Origin: a virus
IMG/VR virus record: IMGVR_UViG_3300007177_000055
Coordinates: 1-64,000 of that record
DNA length: 64,000 nucleotides
Reading direction: 5' to 3' (one strand)
Shown one piece after another: positions 47,905 through 58,330 of the stretch. The stretch's first letter is position 1. Every line of letters begins with the position of its first letter. Under the pieces are notes generated by a model. That model worked only from the letters and a program-made list of their open reading frames with translations, had not been told where the DNA came from and made no database searches. The translations under genes were made by a program, and so were the position numbers.

Positions 47905-48429
47905 ATGTTACGAAACTGTCCGTTAGAGTACTACAACAATTGCATTAACGCCGGAGTCAAGTGTCGGTGGTGTTCTGCGGGTAACGGTCCCACTGGTGGA
48001 CAGCTGTTTTATGTTGCTATTGAGCCAAATACCACTGAACACCCTTGCCAACCTTCAGAAGCTAAAAAGAAAATCCTTAAAAGAGCTAAGGCCACCGAAA
48101 AAACAGTAGAAAGAGAAATTGTCAAGGGTACGCTAAGGTCTGGAGCAGCTCTAGGAGATGGAGATCATTTACTACTAGGTGAAATTCGCCAAGAAGTTAA
48201 AGACCGAGGAAATAGAACTTCTTGGAATCTCACTTGGTCGGAGTATACTAAGGGGTGCCGGCAAGGCATTCAAGTTTACGCCATTTCTATCTTGCCTCCC
48301 AAAGGCCCTCGTAAAACGATGTACATCATGGAAGAAAACGTGTTCACTGCCTTGCTAGCTAGTATTCAAGCCTTAAAAAATGAGCGACCTAAGCGACTAC
48401 TTGAAGAAGAAATACAAGGAAACAGTTAA
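47905..48429 (+). CDS. PD-(D/E)xK nuclease / Holliday junction resolvase-like protein
   Basis: E..SGA..GDGD....EVK motif, N-terminal Cys cluster, adjacent to RecA. Confidence 0.7.
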   Translation: MLRNCPLEYYNNCINAGVKCRWCSAGNGPTGGQLFYVAIEPNTTEHPCQPSEAKKKILKRAKATEKTVEREIVKGTLRSGAALGDGDHLLLGEIRQEVKDRGNRTSWNLTWSEYTKGCRQGIQVYAISILPPKGPRKTMYIMEENVFTALLASIQALKNERPKRLLEEEIQGNS

Positions 48430-49393
48430 AACTGGAGATGACTTTCCTGCTATTAAAAGAATCTCAACCGGGTTGTTGACTTTAGATACCATCTTAGGCG
48501 GGGGCCTGCCCTTAGGTAGGGTAGGAGAAATCTATGGTTTAGAGTCTTTAGGTAAAACAGCTCTTTCATTAGCTATATGCAAAGCTGCCCAACAGCAAGG
48601 CATAGAACCTTTGTTTATAGACTTAGAACGTACCTTAGATCCAGAACAGTCAGCTAGAATTGGCATCAATAATGATCTATTTCACCGTGCTTCACCTTGT
48701 TATGGTGAAGACGTAATTGACTTAGCTCTTGACGCAGCAGCCGCCGGCTCTAAATTAATCATTGTAGACTCTGTACCCTACATGGTTCCAAAGTCTACAG
48801 AAGAAAAAGTAGAAAAGGACTCAGAAGCTCGATCTATCGGCGCTATTGCTGGTTTGTTTACCAGAGTATTAGGTAAAGTAACTAAAGGTATAGAAGCTTC
48901 AGAATGCTCACTTATCTTCTTAAACCAGGCCCGAGATAAAATGGGTCCTTACGGTGGTGTGCAGTCTCCTGGTGGACATGCCAAGTCTCACTTAATGTCC
49001 TGGCGTTTGCACTTAACTCACGCTACGTTGGATCCCAATCGAGAAGGTGTTATTACTACACACTTAAAAGGTATTAAAAACAAAACTGCCACTGCTTACT
49101 TAACAGGCGAATTAACCATAGAAAGAGGTATTGTCAACGCTGCAGCTTCCTTGGTAGAGGGATCTGTTAAAGCTGGATTGCTAGAAAAAGCTGGCAGTTG
49201 GATTAAGTTTTCTTCAGAACTAGTAGAGGAACTAGGTCTGGAAAAAGCCAACTTAGCTCAGGGTGCAGTTAAAGCTGGTGCTGAGCTAGTAGCTAACCCA
49301 AAATTGTACAAGATGCTCTATTACCGTTCGTTAGTAGCTAACGGCGCCGTCCCTAGTCAAATTCCTGCGTATTGGAGGCCAGACAGTGAGTGA
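48380..49393 (+). CDS. recA: RecA/UvsX recombinase
   Basis: STG..LD..LGGGLPLGR..EIYG.ES.GKT, FIDLE, IVDSV, IFLNQ.R, PGG. Confidence 0.95.
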   Translation: MSDLSDYLKKKYKETVKTGDDFPAIKRISTGLLTLDTILGGGLPLGRVGEIYGLESLGKTALSLAICKAAQQQGIEPLFIDLERTLDPEQSARIGINNDLFHRASPCYGEDVIDLALDAAAAGSKLIIVDSVPYMVPKSTEEKVEKDSEARSIGAIAGLFTRVLGKVTKGIEASECSLIFLNQARDKMGPYGGVQSPGGHAKSHLMSWRLHLTHATLDPNREGVITTHLKGIKNKTATAYLTGELTIERGIVNAAASLVEGSVKAGLLEKAGSWIKFSSELVEELGLEKANLAQGAVKAGAELVANPKLYKMLYYRSLVANGAVPSQIPAYWRPDSE

Positions 49394-49658
49394 CCACGCT
49401 GCTCGGTTATTAGAGAATGAAAGAAAAGGCGGCGAACTAGAGCCCGCCGAAAAACAATTTGTAATTTACGCCACCCAAGAAGCTGACGCAGCTACGCTTG
49501 AATACCAACAAGCCAAATCTGTGTTCGAAAAAACAGCTGAGAACTATCGAACAAAAGTAACTGTTATTCAGGGCTTTTTAAAGTATTTAGCAAAAAAGTA
49601 CAACCTGAGTGAAAGAGAAGACATTGACGTACAAGGTAACATTATCACTCGCAGCTAG
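49386..49658 (+). CDS. hypothetical protein
   Basis: Coupled ORF between recA and polA. Confidence 0.6.
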   Translation: MSDHAARLLENERKGGELEPAEKQFVIYATQEADAATLEYQQAKSVFEKTAENYRTKVTVIQGFLKYLAKKYNLSEREDIDVQGNIITRS

Positions 49659-51010
49659 TGAACTTCTTTTACTGCAATACCCTAGAAAGCTATAACCAAG
49701 GTCTAAGCAGACTAAGTAAAGAACCGCTAGCGTTAGATACAGAAACTATGGTTAGGCCTCAGTATGAAGGTAAAGGTGGTAGTGCCCTAGACCCTCATAC
49801 AGGTCGTATTTCTCTAATCATAGTTCAACACTTAAACCAAAATCCGATCATATTTGATCTGCTTTGTTTAGAAGCTTTAGGTTACAACTCTACTTTACTA
49901 GTTGAAGCTTTAGACGCAGCTGAATACTTGTTGGGAGCTAACATCAAGTTTGATGCCAAACAGTTACGAGGGACTTTAGGCTACACACCTAAAAAACTAA
50001 GAGACGTGATGTTGCTGGCTAAGTTGATCAGTAATGCTACTGGTTCTAAAGCCGGTAAAGCTGTTGGACATTCTTTAGGTGATCTTACCAGAGAGTACTT
50101 AAATATACATCTAACCGGTAAAGGCACTCTACAGAAGTCTACCTGGGGCACTGGCATAGAATCTCGCACGTTAGACAATGAGTGGTGGGTTAGTAAATTA
50201 GCCTATGCAGCTAGCGACGTAGCGTATTTATTCTCGTTGCAAGCTAAAATGCTGCCCGTGCTGGAAACACCTTTGCCAGACTCTCCTCTAACACAAACGG
50301 GTAATGAGGGTACTTGGGGTTTTGGTATGTCAGTACCTGTTAACCGTGAGTTTAGGTTAATACCAGTCACAGCTGAAATGGAGTACAACGGCTTGCCTGT
50401 ATCTGCCACTTTTATGGCCAGCTTTCAAGAAGCTGTTCGGGATTCTTTAGACAGCCTAGGAGTATACCTTTGCAAAGAACTAAAGCTAGACACTCCACAA
50501 AAGGACTGGTCTGGCAAAGAAGTTCCGTCACTCAAAGCTCTTAAAATCTTAAGGTCAGCGACTGGACTACTAGACCTAATACGTAAAGCCTTAGATTTCA
50601 AAAAAATAGACAACGTTCAAGCTAGTGTGCTACAACGAATGGTTTTCATTCTGGACGCACTTGCTGCTTCTAAAGTAGAAGACCCAGACGCCCCTACTAG
50701 CGGCGAGTTGTTCATTAACGAAGACGAAGAATCACTATACTCTGAGTTGACAGAACTAGAACACTGTCAACTAGTAGCAGCCTCACCTTTAGTTCAAGCT
50801 ATCTTGGATTTTAAGCGCTTAACCAAACAAGATGGGATGGACTTGCGTAAGTATGTAAACCCAGCTACAGGTCGTATACACCCTTCCTATAGTCAAATAG
50901 GTGCTGCTACTGGTAGGTATGCTTCTTCCGGACCTAACGCTCAGCAAATTTCCAACAAAACCAAGGTACTACTAGATGGGTTCCAAACCCTTGGGCTGGC
51001 CGCTACGTAA
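49658..51010 (+). CDS. polA: DNA polymerase I family, N-terminal part (3'-5' exonuclease + thumb)
   Basis: ALDTET, NIKFD, YAASDV exonuclease motifs; MEYNG; GRIHPSY.Q.GAATGRYASS.PNAQQI; stops before motif A. Confidence 0.9.
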   Translation: MNFFYCNTLESYNQGLSRLSKEPLALDTETMVRPQYEGKGGSALDPHTGRISLIIVQHLNQNPIIFDLLCLEALGYNSTLLVEALDAAEYLLGANIKFDAKQLRGTLGYTPKKLRDVMLLAKLISNATGSKAGKAVGHSLGDLTREYLNIHLTGKGTLQKSTWGTGIESRTLDNEWWVSKLAYAASDVAYLFSLQAKMLPVLETPLPDSPLTQTGNEGTWGFGMSVPVNREFRLIPVTAEMEYNGLPVSATFMASFQEAVRDSLDSLGVYLCKELKLDTPQKDWSGKEVPSLKALKILRSATGLLDLIRKALDFKKIDNVQASVLQRMVFILDALAASKVEDPDAPTSGELFINEDEESLYSELTELEHCQLVAASPLVQAILDFKRLTKQDGMDLRKYVNPATGRIHPSYSQIGAATGRYASSGPNAQQISNKTKVLLDGFQTLGLAAT

Positions 51011-51338
51011 GCGACCGGTCGGCTTTGAAGACAACTTAGTGTTGAAAGAACTGCTTTTATTAGGAGCTTTTCGACAACGCAACACTATAGCTTGGCCTGC
51101 TGATACAGGACTAACAGAATCTGAAACTAAAGTTCTGCTGAAATCGCTGCGCCGAAAAAATCTTATTCGCGGTCGGGCACCTTACACACTAACTACTAAA
51201 GGTAAAAAGATAGTAGCAGACTATTACCAACACCTATTAGCTAAATATGAGTCAAGTGCTAACGCCGCCCAGCCAATTTCTGGGAACACCGAGACAAGCG
51301 TTTGTAGTAGCATCGAAGAAAGTATGGATCTCGGTTGA
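50976..51338 (+). CDS. winged-helix-like protein inserted between the polA halves
   Basis: DTGLTESETKVLLKSLRRKNLI....YTLTTKGK wHTH pattern. Confidence 0.65.
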   Translation: MGSKPLGWPLRKRPVGFEDNLVLKELLLLGAFRQRNTIAWPADTGLTESETKVLLKSLRRKNLIRGRAPYTLTTKGKKIVADYYQHLLAKYESSANAAQPISGNTETSVCSSIEESMDLG

Positions 51339-53749
51339 CTTCTCAGGTCAAGAACTAATGGTAGCCACAGCTTGGTCAAAAGACCCAGCTATGGTAAGAG
51401 CATTTACAGAACCAGAAGAATTAACCTTACCTGATGGTAAACGTTACAAAAACCCTTACGCTGACCTACACACTTTAACAGCAGTAAAGTGTTGTGCCCC
51501 TAAACTTTTTGTAGACGTACCTGAATTCGAGTGGGTGCAGCGTTCTAAAGAAAACGGCTCTAGACAAAAAGGAAAAATCACAAATTTCGGTTAAGTTATA
51601 ATAGCCGAAGTAAAACCCGCTCAATTGCTGGGAACCTCATGTAGGCAATCAGCAGCCAGACTTATAGGAAACTTTAAGCAATGGTTCAACGACTGAAGAT
51701 AACCTAAGTCCCTAGGGATACGGTGACTCTGAGACCTAGCTGTGCTAGGTAACACGGCGGGAGCTTTCTTAAGACAAATGACACCCAGATCTTGTTTAAA
51801 TTGCGGCATTTTACATACTAGGCACCACAATGCGCTGTATTGTGTGGAGTGTTCACTAGCAATCAAAGTAGCTAGCAGGGTAAAACCAAAAGTTTTAACA
51901 AAAACCTGCCAGAACTGCGGCTCTTTATTTGAACCTTCTAGCAAACCAGCCGCTAAATACTGCTTAGAGTGTGCTCCTTCCAAAAGAAAGGAAACCCAAA
52001 GGAGGTCAGTAGACCTAAACAGGATCAGAAATGGAGTAAAAGTAGGTGTGGGGTCTGGTAACAACCAAGGGTCAGGTCCTGAGCATCACTCTTACAAAAG
52101 TGGCATTGGAACTTACCAAAAAATTGGTAGAGAACTACTAGGAAACAGTTGTGAAAGATGTGGCTGTAAGATTGACAAAAGCAAGTCTTTCAGTTAGTGT
52201 ACTCATCATCGAGATCACAATCGTCTTAACAACAACATTTCCAACTTAGAACTTCTGTGTAAGAAGTGTCACCAACATCATCATTTGTCAAAAGATAGTT
52301 AAGGTATAGTCTGGGCCCGTGGCAACACGGGAATTGTCGATTTTATACTTACAGACCGCAGAATCCTTATCCTTACTTAATCACGTTAAACTAGAAGAAA
52401 CTGAACAGTGGGTATCCGGGCATAAAACTACCTACGCAGGGTACCACCATTGGGCTGAAGAATACGGAGCCATAGCTGCTAGCAGAGGCTTTGCTGTTAG
52501 TCCAGTGTCTAAAGCTATCCGTTGGGTAGACGAGGAAAACTCCAAAGGTGGCGGAGAATCACCAGCTCGCGCTGCAGTTAACTATGCTATCCAAGGGGAA
52601 TCCAGTCAAATAACTAAAGAATGTTTGATTAGATTGTATGAAACTTTATCACCAGAAATAAAAATACTAAATACAGTCCACGATAGATTTTGTCGTGGTT
52701 AAATAACCTTAATTGCTGGAAACTCCTTAGAGCTTAACTCACCACAACGTAGTCGGTAACGGCAAGCGTGACGGTTCAAAAAGAGTTATGATTGGACAAT
52801 CAGCAGCCAAGGGTCTAGTGAACTTGCTTTTAACAGCGCTAATAGGAGACGGAACAATTCAACACCAAGCAAATAAACAGAAATCTTCTGTAGTTTTTAT
52901 GGGAACAGACGAAAGTTGGATCAGATTCAAAAGTCAAGTAATTGACCGAGAATCGCATCTGAGAGTTCGTCCCCAGAGTAAAAGAGCTTGGGGTAAAAGA
53001 ACCTATCTATGTTGTCCAAACAGAGTTTAAGGCAGAATATACAAGTCTGCGAGATCTCTCTTTTAAAGAAGTCCTTGATAAATTAGACGAAGAGGACCTA
53101 ATTGTTTGGTACTTAGATGACGGATCGTTTCATCAACGTAAGCGCTTTATGCACTTGTATTCTAATAAACTATCAGAAAGCGACTCGTTGCTACTGATAG
53201 AAAAGTTTACAAACCTTTACGGTATAGCTCCAAAATTGAGGGTTGATAAGAAAAAGGACGGACGTCAGTTTTTCTATCTTTGCTTAAATGTCGAGTTATC
53301 TAAAAAGTTTCGTGCGGCAGTTGAAAAGTTTGGGGTAAAACATAAACTTTTCAACTTGTACTACAAAGCAGGCCTAGATCAAGGTTCATCGACTATCGCG
53401 GAAGCGAGTAGGACTCAAGAGAGTTCGAAACGGGTTACTAGTGAAAACTAGAAGATATAGTCAGAACATTTTGCGAAAGCAAAAGAAGCTTTACGGAATC
53501 GGTAAGGCTGCAACGCCATCGGAAATCAACTTTGAGGCCCCAGGCCGGTGTTGGCTGGACTTAGAACGCTCTAAGTTTGAAGACAACTTAATAGTAAACC
53601 CCGTTTTTGCTTACGACGAACAAGCTCTAGCTACAGCAGAACTAATAAAACAAATAATGGTAGACACAGAAACTGAGTTCTTTGCTGCCGCCGGTTCACC
53701 TATTATCGGCCGAGCTGAATACGCCATTGCTCCCTATTGGAAACACTAA
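51247..53749 (+). CDS. polA: DNA polymerase I family, catalytic part; exons 51247-51591, 52340-52684, 53522-53749
   Basis: Splicing restores RQAF..DFSGQE (motif A), DLHTLTA, RQKGKITNFG|ILY (motif B), NYAIQG, VHD|EI (motif C). Confidence 0.9.
51592..52339 (+). mobile_element. group I intron 1 in polA
   Basis: P1 TTCGGTTA/TAGCCGAA with U.G splice pair; P AATTGCTGGGAA, Q AATCAGCAG, R GTTCAACGACT, S AAGGTATAGTC; terminal G. Confidence 0.92.
51778..52302 (+). pseudogene. intron-encoded Zn-finger HNH homing endonuclease with in-frame TAG
   Basis: CxxC repeats then CERCG..FS*CTHHRDHNRLNN.ISNLELLCKKCH; TAG at 52195-52197. Confidence 0.85.
52685..53521 (+). mobile_element. group I intron 2 in polA
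   Basis: P1 CCACGAT/GTCGTGG; P AATTGCTGGAAA, Q AATCAGCAGCC, R GTTCATCGACTA, S AAGATATAGTC; terminal G before GAA (Glu). Confidence 0.92.
52818..53451 (+). pseudogene. intron-encoded LAGLIDADG homing endonuclease, frameshifted
   Basis: LLTALIGDGTI and LIVWYLDDGS lie in different frames; shift at the A-run 52995-52998. Confidence 0.85.
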
Positions 53750-54096
53750 TGACAGTTCAACTTGAATTCAAAGCAGTCACTACAGTAACCGTAGATGTAA
53801 CCGGTCCGACTTACTCTTTAATCACCTTACAAAAGACCCGAACTAGCACGGTTCGACAGTTCCGTCGCTGGGACGGTAAGCAGCTACTACTACTAGAAAA
53901 AAAGCTAGGCCCAAAAAACCGACTAGAAATTACACTACGAATAGAACCATACTTACCCAAGTCAGTTAAAACACAAGAAGATTCCGAAAAGATCCTAGGT
54001 AAAGGAGAGTTTGCATTAACTGAAAGTGAGTTCTACCAAGAACTAAAAGCAGCCACCGCGCCTTTCCTTTACCCAGAACCTCCACAAAACAACTAA
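53749..54096 (+). CDS. hypothetical protein
   Basis: TAATG-coupled to the polA end. Confidence 0.55.
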   Translation: MTVQLEFKAVTTVTVDVTGPTYSLITLQKTRTSTVRQFRRWDGKQLLLLEKKLGPKNRLEITLRIEPYLPKSVKTQEDSEKILGKGEFALTESEFYQELKAATAPFLYPEPPQNN

Positions 54097-54343
54097 ACAA
54101 AGCACAACTTTTAAAACCAATGAACAATAAATTTTGGGCAGCTGCAGCCAGCGATTGGGTTTATTACCACCCTCCTATTAGACCATCAAAAAAGTCTTAG
54201 CTGCTTATCAAGAAATTCTAAATACATTAGCTACTACTAAACAAAGCCAGACCAATCTTGTTCGTATTTTAGTCGTGACAGCATATTAGTCTTCCAAAAA
54301 GACAAAGAAAAGTACTACCAAAACACACAAACCGCCGCCGTAA

Positions 54344-55681
54344 ATGAGCACTACTAGGATAGACCTAGCCCAAGCTACAGACTTAACTGAAGCTACTAGG
54401 TGGGTATATGACCCTGACAAAGAACTTTCAGCCGGAGCTGCTTTAAGACACGTACACTTAGAGCAGATTTCTAATGAAAAACTGGGATTAACAGCCTATG
54501 CTACCGGTCAAGTCTGGTTGCACCGTATAGCCCCAGCTTCAGGTGTCATAGGCACCACCTACTTATACGACGGTGAAGACTTAATTTCCCGCGTGGCTAA
54601 GCAAGAGATTTGGCGCAAGTCTTCCTTAAGGGTAAGTCAAAACCGCAACGGGTCGCTAAAACTAGAGTGTGTTCAGCGCATCGAAAGCGATGGTAGCGTA
54701 GTTTCAGCGGGAAACATCAACTTAGGTACGTACAACGGTGACTTAGCTGACTTTGCAATACCCAGTGACGAAAACTACGTACTAGTAGCTACGCTAGACC
54801 TAGGATACGACTTTAAGACTTTAGCTCGCATAGCTGCAGACTACTCTGGTTTGCGAGGTGACACATCTAATAGAGCAGTGTGGGTGTGCTTAGAAAACCA
54901 AACGTTTCGTTTAAGTGTAACTGAGCGAGCCTCAGATCGCGGTATAGGCTTACTAACTCAAACCTTACAGGCCTCAGTCTTACACCCTTTGAGGTTAGCC
55001 TTCCAGGGTAGACACTTAAGCCGCATAGCTGACGTAATAGAAGAAAACCCAACCTTAACAATACACCTTGATTCTTTAGAACAACCTACTAGAGTTCGTT
55101 TTAGCGGCTTTGGTGGTTGGGTAGATTTACCAATAATACCTGATTATCACTGCCGAGCTTTGTCCCAAGGCGCTATGGGTGTGTTTTTAGGAGAAAACTA
55201 CGTACGAACAGAATCTCAACCAGTGTTATTTAACGTAGAAGAACTAGAAGACGGCGTGGCTATTCAAGCTCCTCAGAAAAAAGCTACTCGTAATGACGTA
55301 GTGCTAGAAATAGAAAACCAAAAGCTACTGATTTCCAAAAGATCCGACATCCGCCGATCTGAGCTTTCATCCATTCCACTACACGAAGCTACTGAACAAG
55401 ACTGGGTTGACATAGTCGTAGATCATACTTACTTAACAGACGGAATCACTGCGTTAGATAGTTTCCTGAAAGCAGCTAATAAAAGAGCTGCTGCAAACAG
55501 CTTCGCAGATGAAAGTGCTACACCAAGCGTAAAGTTAGTGTCTCTAACTCAATCTGTGTGCGCTGCCAGCAGCATCCACTTACTACTACTAAAACCAGCC
55601 TTACCAGACGAGTACGAATGTCAAGTAGCCTTAGTAGTCAACACCAAAGCTCAAACCAATGACTACAACGAAGCAGACTAA
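54344..55681 (+). CDS. putative sliding clamp (DnaN-like)
   Basis: Repeated beta-alpha pattern (LAFQGRHLSRI, FNVEELEDGV, VVDHTYLTDGI); context near the DnaX-like gene. Confidence 0.5.
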   Translation: MSTTRIDLAQATDLTEATRWVYDPDKELSAGAALRHVHLEQISNEKLGLTAYATGQVWLHRIAPASGVIGTTYLYDGEDLISRVAKQEIWRKSSLRVSQNRNGSLKLECVQRIESDGSVVSAGNINLGTYNGDLADFAIPSDENYVLVATLDLGYDFKTLARIAADYSGLRGDTSNRAVWVCLENQTFRLSVTERASDRGIGLLTQTLQASVLHPLRLAFQGRHLSRIADVIEENPTLTIHLDSLEQPTRVRFSGFGGWVDLPIIPDYHCRALSQGAMGVFLGENYVRTESQPVLFNVEELEDGVAIQAPQKKATRNDVVLEIENQKLLISKRSDIRRSELSSIPLHEATEQDWVDIVVDHTYLTDGITALDSFLKAANKRAAANSFADESATPSVKLVSLTQSVCAASSIHLLLLKPALPDEYECQVALVVNTKAQTNDYNEAD

Positions 55682-55851
55682 AGAACTAACAGCTTACACT
55701 TGCCAGTATCCTTCAGTATTAAGTTGGTGTAAACGACTTTGGGTTCTCCAAACAGGAGATTTACTAGTTAGATCCGGTGTAGTCTACCAAGTATCTCAGG
55801 TTATCCGTTCACAAATTCCTGGGGCTAAACCCAGAATAGCTTTAGTAAAGT

Positions 55852-56640
55852 ATGCAGAACCCTTACACCAATCCCAGTCCACTAATACAACAAAACCCAG
55901 ATTGCCAGTCATGCAGTCTAGGGAAAACCAGAGCTTACCGAAACACTCAGCTAAAACCGGGACAACCCCTAAAACAGTGCATACCTGGGGCAGGACCGAG
56001 GGACTTGAAATCAGTAAAACTGATCCTACTTTCTGACTATCCTGGTCACTATGAAGAAACTTACGGTTGGCCCCAAGTAGACATCAACGCTATCAAAGGC
56101 GAGCACAAAAATGGCTTGTTGTTACCTAGAAACTCTGGGGCCTTTATACGGTTGATGTTAGAAAAACTTCTAGGCCTAGATTCTTACCGAGAAGTTTGGA
56201 TAACTAACGCTGTAAAATGCAACCCTTCACAAGCCAAAGTTATTGAGTCTACGCACCTTAAGCCTTGCGTTAGACAATGGCTGGGACCAGAATTACTGGT
56301 CTTAGACCAAGAGTGCCCGCAAGTGCCCTTACTAGTAGCTGGGTTACAAGCGTTTAGGGCTGTTAAGATGCTGTATCGAACAGAAGCTCCTCAATTAGAA
56401 GCTTTGGGTTTTAACGGTTGCCGGCGCCGAAGCGACTTAACGCTAAACGGCCGGCCGGTAGTATTTGCGCCTAACCCAGCTAGACCAGCTAGATCAGAAG
56501 CTCGATTGGAATCTTCTGTAGTGTTTAGTAAAGGAAAATGGATGGTAAGCGAAAATTATTGGCTGTACCCACCTCCTATAGGTTCTCCTGTACATAGCTT
56601 TATCGAAGACCTTAAATTTCTAGCCCCTCACCTAAAATGA
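55852..56640 (+). CDS. uracil-DNA glycosylase family 4-like protein
   Basis: CQSCSL, PG.GP, DYPG..E..G.P, WITNAVKC.P, C..WL..EL. Confidence 0.8.
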   Translation: MQNPYTNPSPLIQQNPDCQSCSLGKTRAYRNTQLKPGQPLKQCIPGAGPRDLKSVKLILLSDYPGHYEETYGWPQVDINAIKGEHKNGLLLPRNSGAFIRLMLEKLLGLDSYREVWITNAVKCNPSQAKVIESTHLKPCVRQWLGPELLVLDQECPQVPLLVAGLQAFRAVKMLYRTEAPQLEALGFNGCRRRSDLTLNGRPVVFAPNPARPARSEARLESSVVFSKGKWMVSENYWLYPPPIGSPVHSFIEDLKFLAPHLK

Positions 56641-58328
56641 CCGAAACCCTAGTTTTTGAATCTTACGAGGATTTAGAAGACTTTGAACCAATAGAACCTA
56701 AACTGTTATCCGAAAAGGTTTCTGGTTACCCTCAATTCTTAGCTAGGGCATCTAAAGCTTATGCTGCTTACCTCTCTGGATTCAACGGAGCAGAATATCG
56801 CCCTTACCAACCGGAATACGCTGCTTTGATGGCTTTACGTAGATGTAATGTCATGGGGTATTCAATGGGCGTAGGTAAAACCAGCATTACCCTACTTACG
56901 ATACAAACCCTTTACGAAGGTTTAGCTCGGCACCAGTCACCTTACCGGCCAGGTTTAGTCCATATCTGTGTACCTTCTTTGCTAGCTGCCGGTAGATGGA
57001 TCGAAGAGCTCAACCGTATGCCTGCTTTAAAAGACAAGTACCGATTAGTAACCCAAGAAAAAGATTTACACCAACCATTCACAGCTGAAATTTTGATTTA
57101 TACACACGACTTTCCTAAAAGAAAGTGCCATCGGTTGTCAGCCCGTACTGAAAGCCGCAACAGTATAGCTCATTACCTAGGTAAACACTTCCAGCCAGCC
57201 TTCTTAATCATTGACGAAGTCCATGGCCTTAAAGCAAACTCCAATCGTACTGAGGCGCTAGCTTACTTAAGAGGTCGGGCCCGTCGTGTACTAGTGCTGT
57301 CTGGTACTTTGTCAGACGGTAATTTAGCGCAAATACACTCGTTATGTAAGTTTGTCTATCGTCATCACTGGCCTTACCGTACAGCTCAAGCCTTCTCGGC
57401 GTTGTTTGGTCAAAAACAACGGTTAGATACCAATTACTTATACGGGTCAGCCAGACACACAGAAGTCCCCGAAAAGTACTTGCAAAAGCTAGACCCTAAC
57501 AAGCTAGGGGCTTACTACGCTTTAATGCGACAATTCGTACACCGAGTAAAACTCAACGAGCCTCAAGTAGCTCAATACTTAACTGTACCTGAGCAAGAAG
57601 TACAACTACACGAAATAGAGCCTACTGCATGTCAAAAAGAAGCTATAGCTAACTTCATCACTCAACATCGAACAGCTCTTGCTGCAGCTGCTCGTTCAGT
57701 AACTACAAACCAAAACGCAGCTGCTTTACAGTTGATACACCCACTAATCGAACTAGCTAACTTTCCTGCCGTGGCGAGTAACAAACCAGGAAAGTTGCTA
57801 GAAATAATTAACTCAGCTACCGGTAAGGTAGTAGTGTTTTGCAGCTATGTAGGTTCAGCCCGTTACGTGCACGAATTCTTAATAACTAAACTAGGAGCCG
57901 CTGCAGTAGTAAGGCTATATGCTTCTGATCCTGAGGCCACACCTGTTACTTTAGATGCTACTGCTAGACAAGAAATAGTAAACTCCTTTCGTCACAATAA
58001 AGAAGTGCGTGTAGCGATTTTGTCAATAAACTTAGCTTCTGAGGCCATAGAATTTCCTGAAGCCTCAGACACTGTGTTTTATTGCATGCCCTGGTCCAGT
58101 CTTAAACTGGAACAAGCTGTACACAGAGTCGTAAGGCCGGGAAACCGAAATGCTAAAGTGGGCACTCACTACTTATTTCAGTCTTCTATGATTGATCAGC
58201 ATCAAGTAGCTTTAGCTATAGCTAAGATTCGAGCCAGCCGTTTGCTCTTAGACTACGAACTAGACAGTTCAGTAGAAGAAGCAGACTTAAGCCCAGCCGA
58301 AGCTATTCGCCAACTACTTGCAGGTTAA
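56637..58328 (+). CDS. SNF2-like helicase
   Basis: MGVGKT, IIDEVH, LSGT, KVVVF, EAI..EQAVHRVVRPG. Confidence 0.9.
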   Translation: MTETLVFESYEDLEDFEPIEPKLLSEKVSGYPQFLARASKAYAAYLSGFNGAEYRPYQPEYAALMALRRCNVMGYSMGVGKTSITLLTIQTLYEGLARHQSPYRPGLVHICVPSLLAAGRWIEELNRMPALKDKYRLVTQEKDLHQPFTAEILIYTHDFPKRKCHRLSARTESRNSIAHYLGKHFQPAFLIIDEVHGLKANSNRTEALAYLRGRARRVLVLSGTLSDGNLAQIHSLCKFVYRHHWPYRTAQAFSALFGQKQRLDTNYLYGSARHTEVPEKYLQKLDPNKLGAYYALMRQFVHRVKLNEPQVAQYLTVPEQEVQLHEIEPTACQKEAIANFITQHRTALAAAARSVTTNQNAAALQLIHPLIELANFPAVASNKPGKLLEIINSATGKVVVFCSYVGSARYVHEFLITKLGAAAVVRLYASDPEATPVTLDATARQEIVNSFRHNKEVRVAILSINLASEAIEFPEASDTVFYCMPWSSLKLEQAVHRVVRPGNRNAKVGTHYLFQSSMIDQHQVALAIAKIRASRLLLDYELDSSVEEADLSPAEAIRQLLAG

Positions 58329-58330
58329 CT

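Noticed and set aside
50976-51246. Third group I intron or split intein in polA
   Set aside because: No P/Q/R/S elements, and no Cys-start or Asn-end intein blocks.
8875-52197. Stop-codon reassignment (TGA or TAG read as Trp)
   Set aside because: Both TGA and TAG occur at the suspect sites, TGA terminates many intact genes (ATGA overlaps at 2670 and 11097), and no suppressor tRNA with a proper loop is present. Simple TGG transitions explain the pattern.
55659-56036. Full 125-aa ORF overlapping UDG
   Set aside because: The C-terminal half overlaps UDG by ~185 nt and reads like off-frame sequence; only the first ~65 codons may be real.
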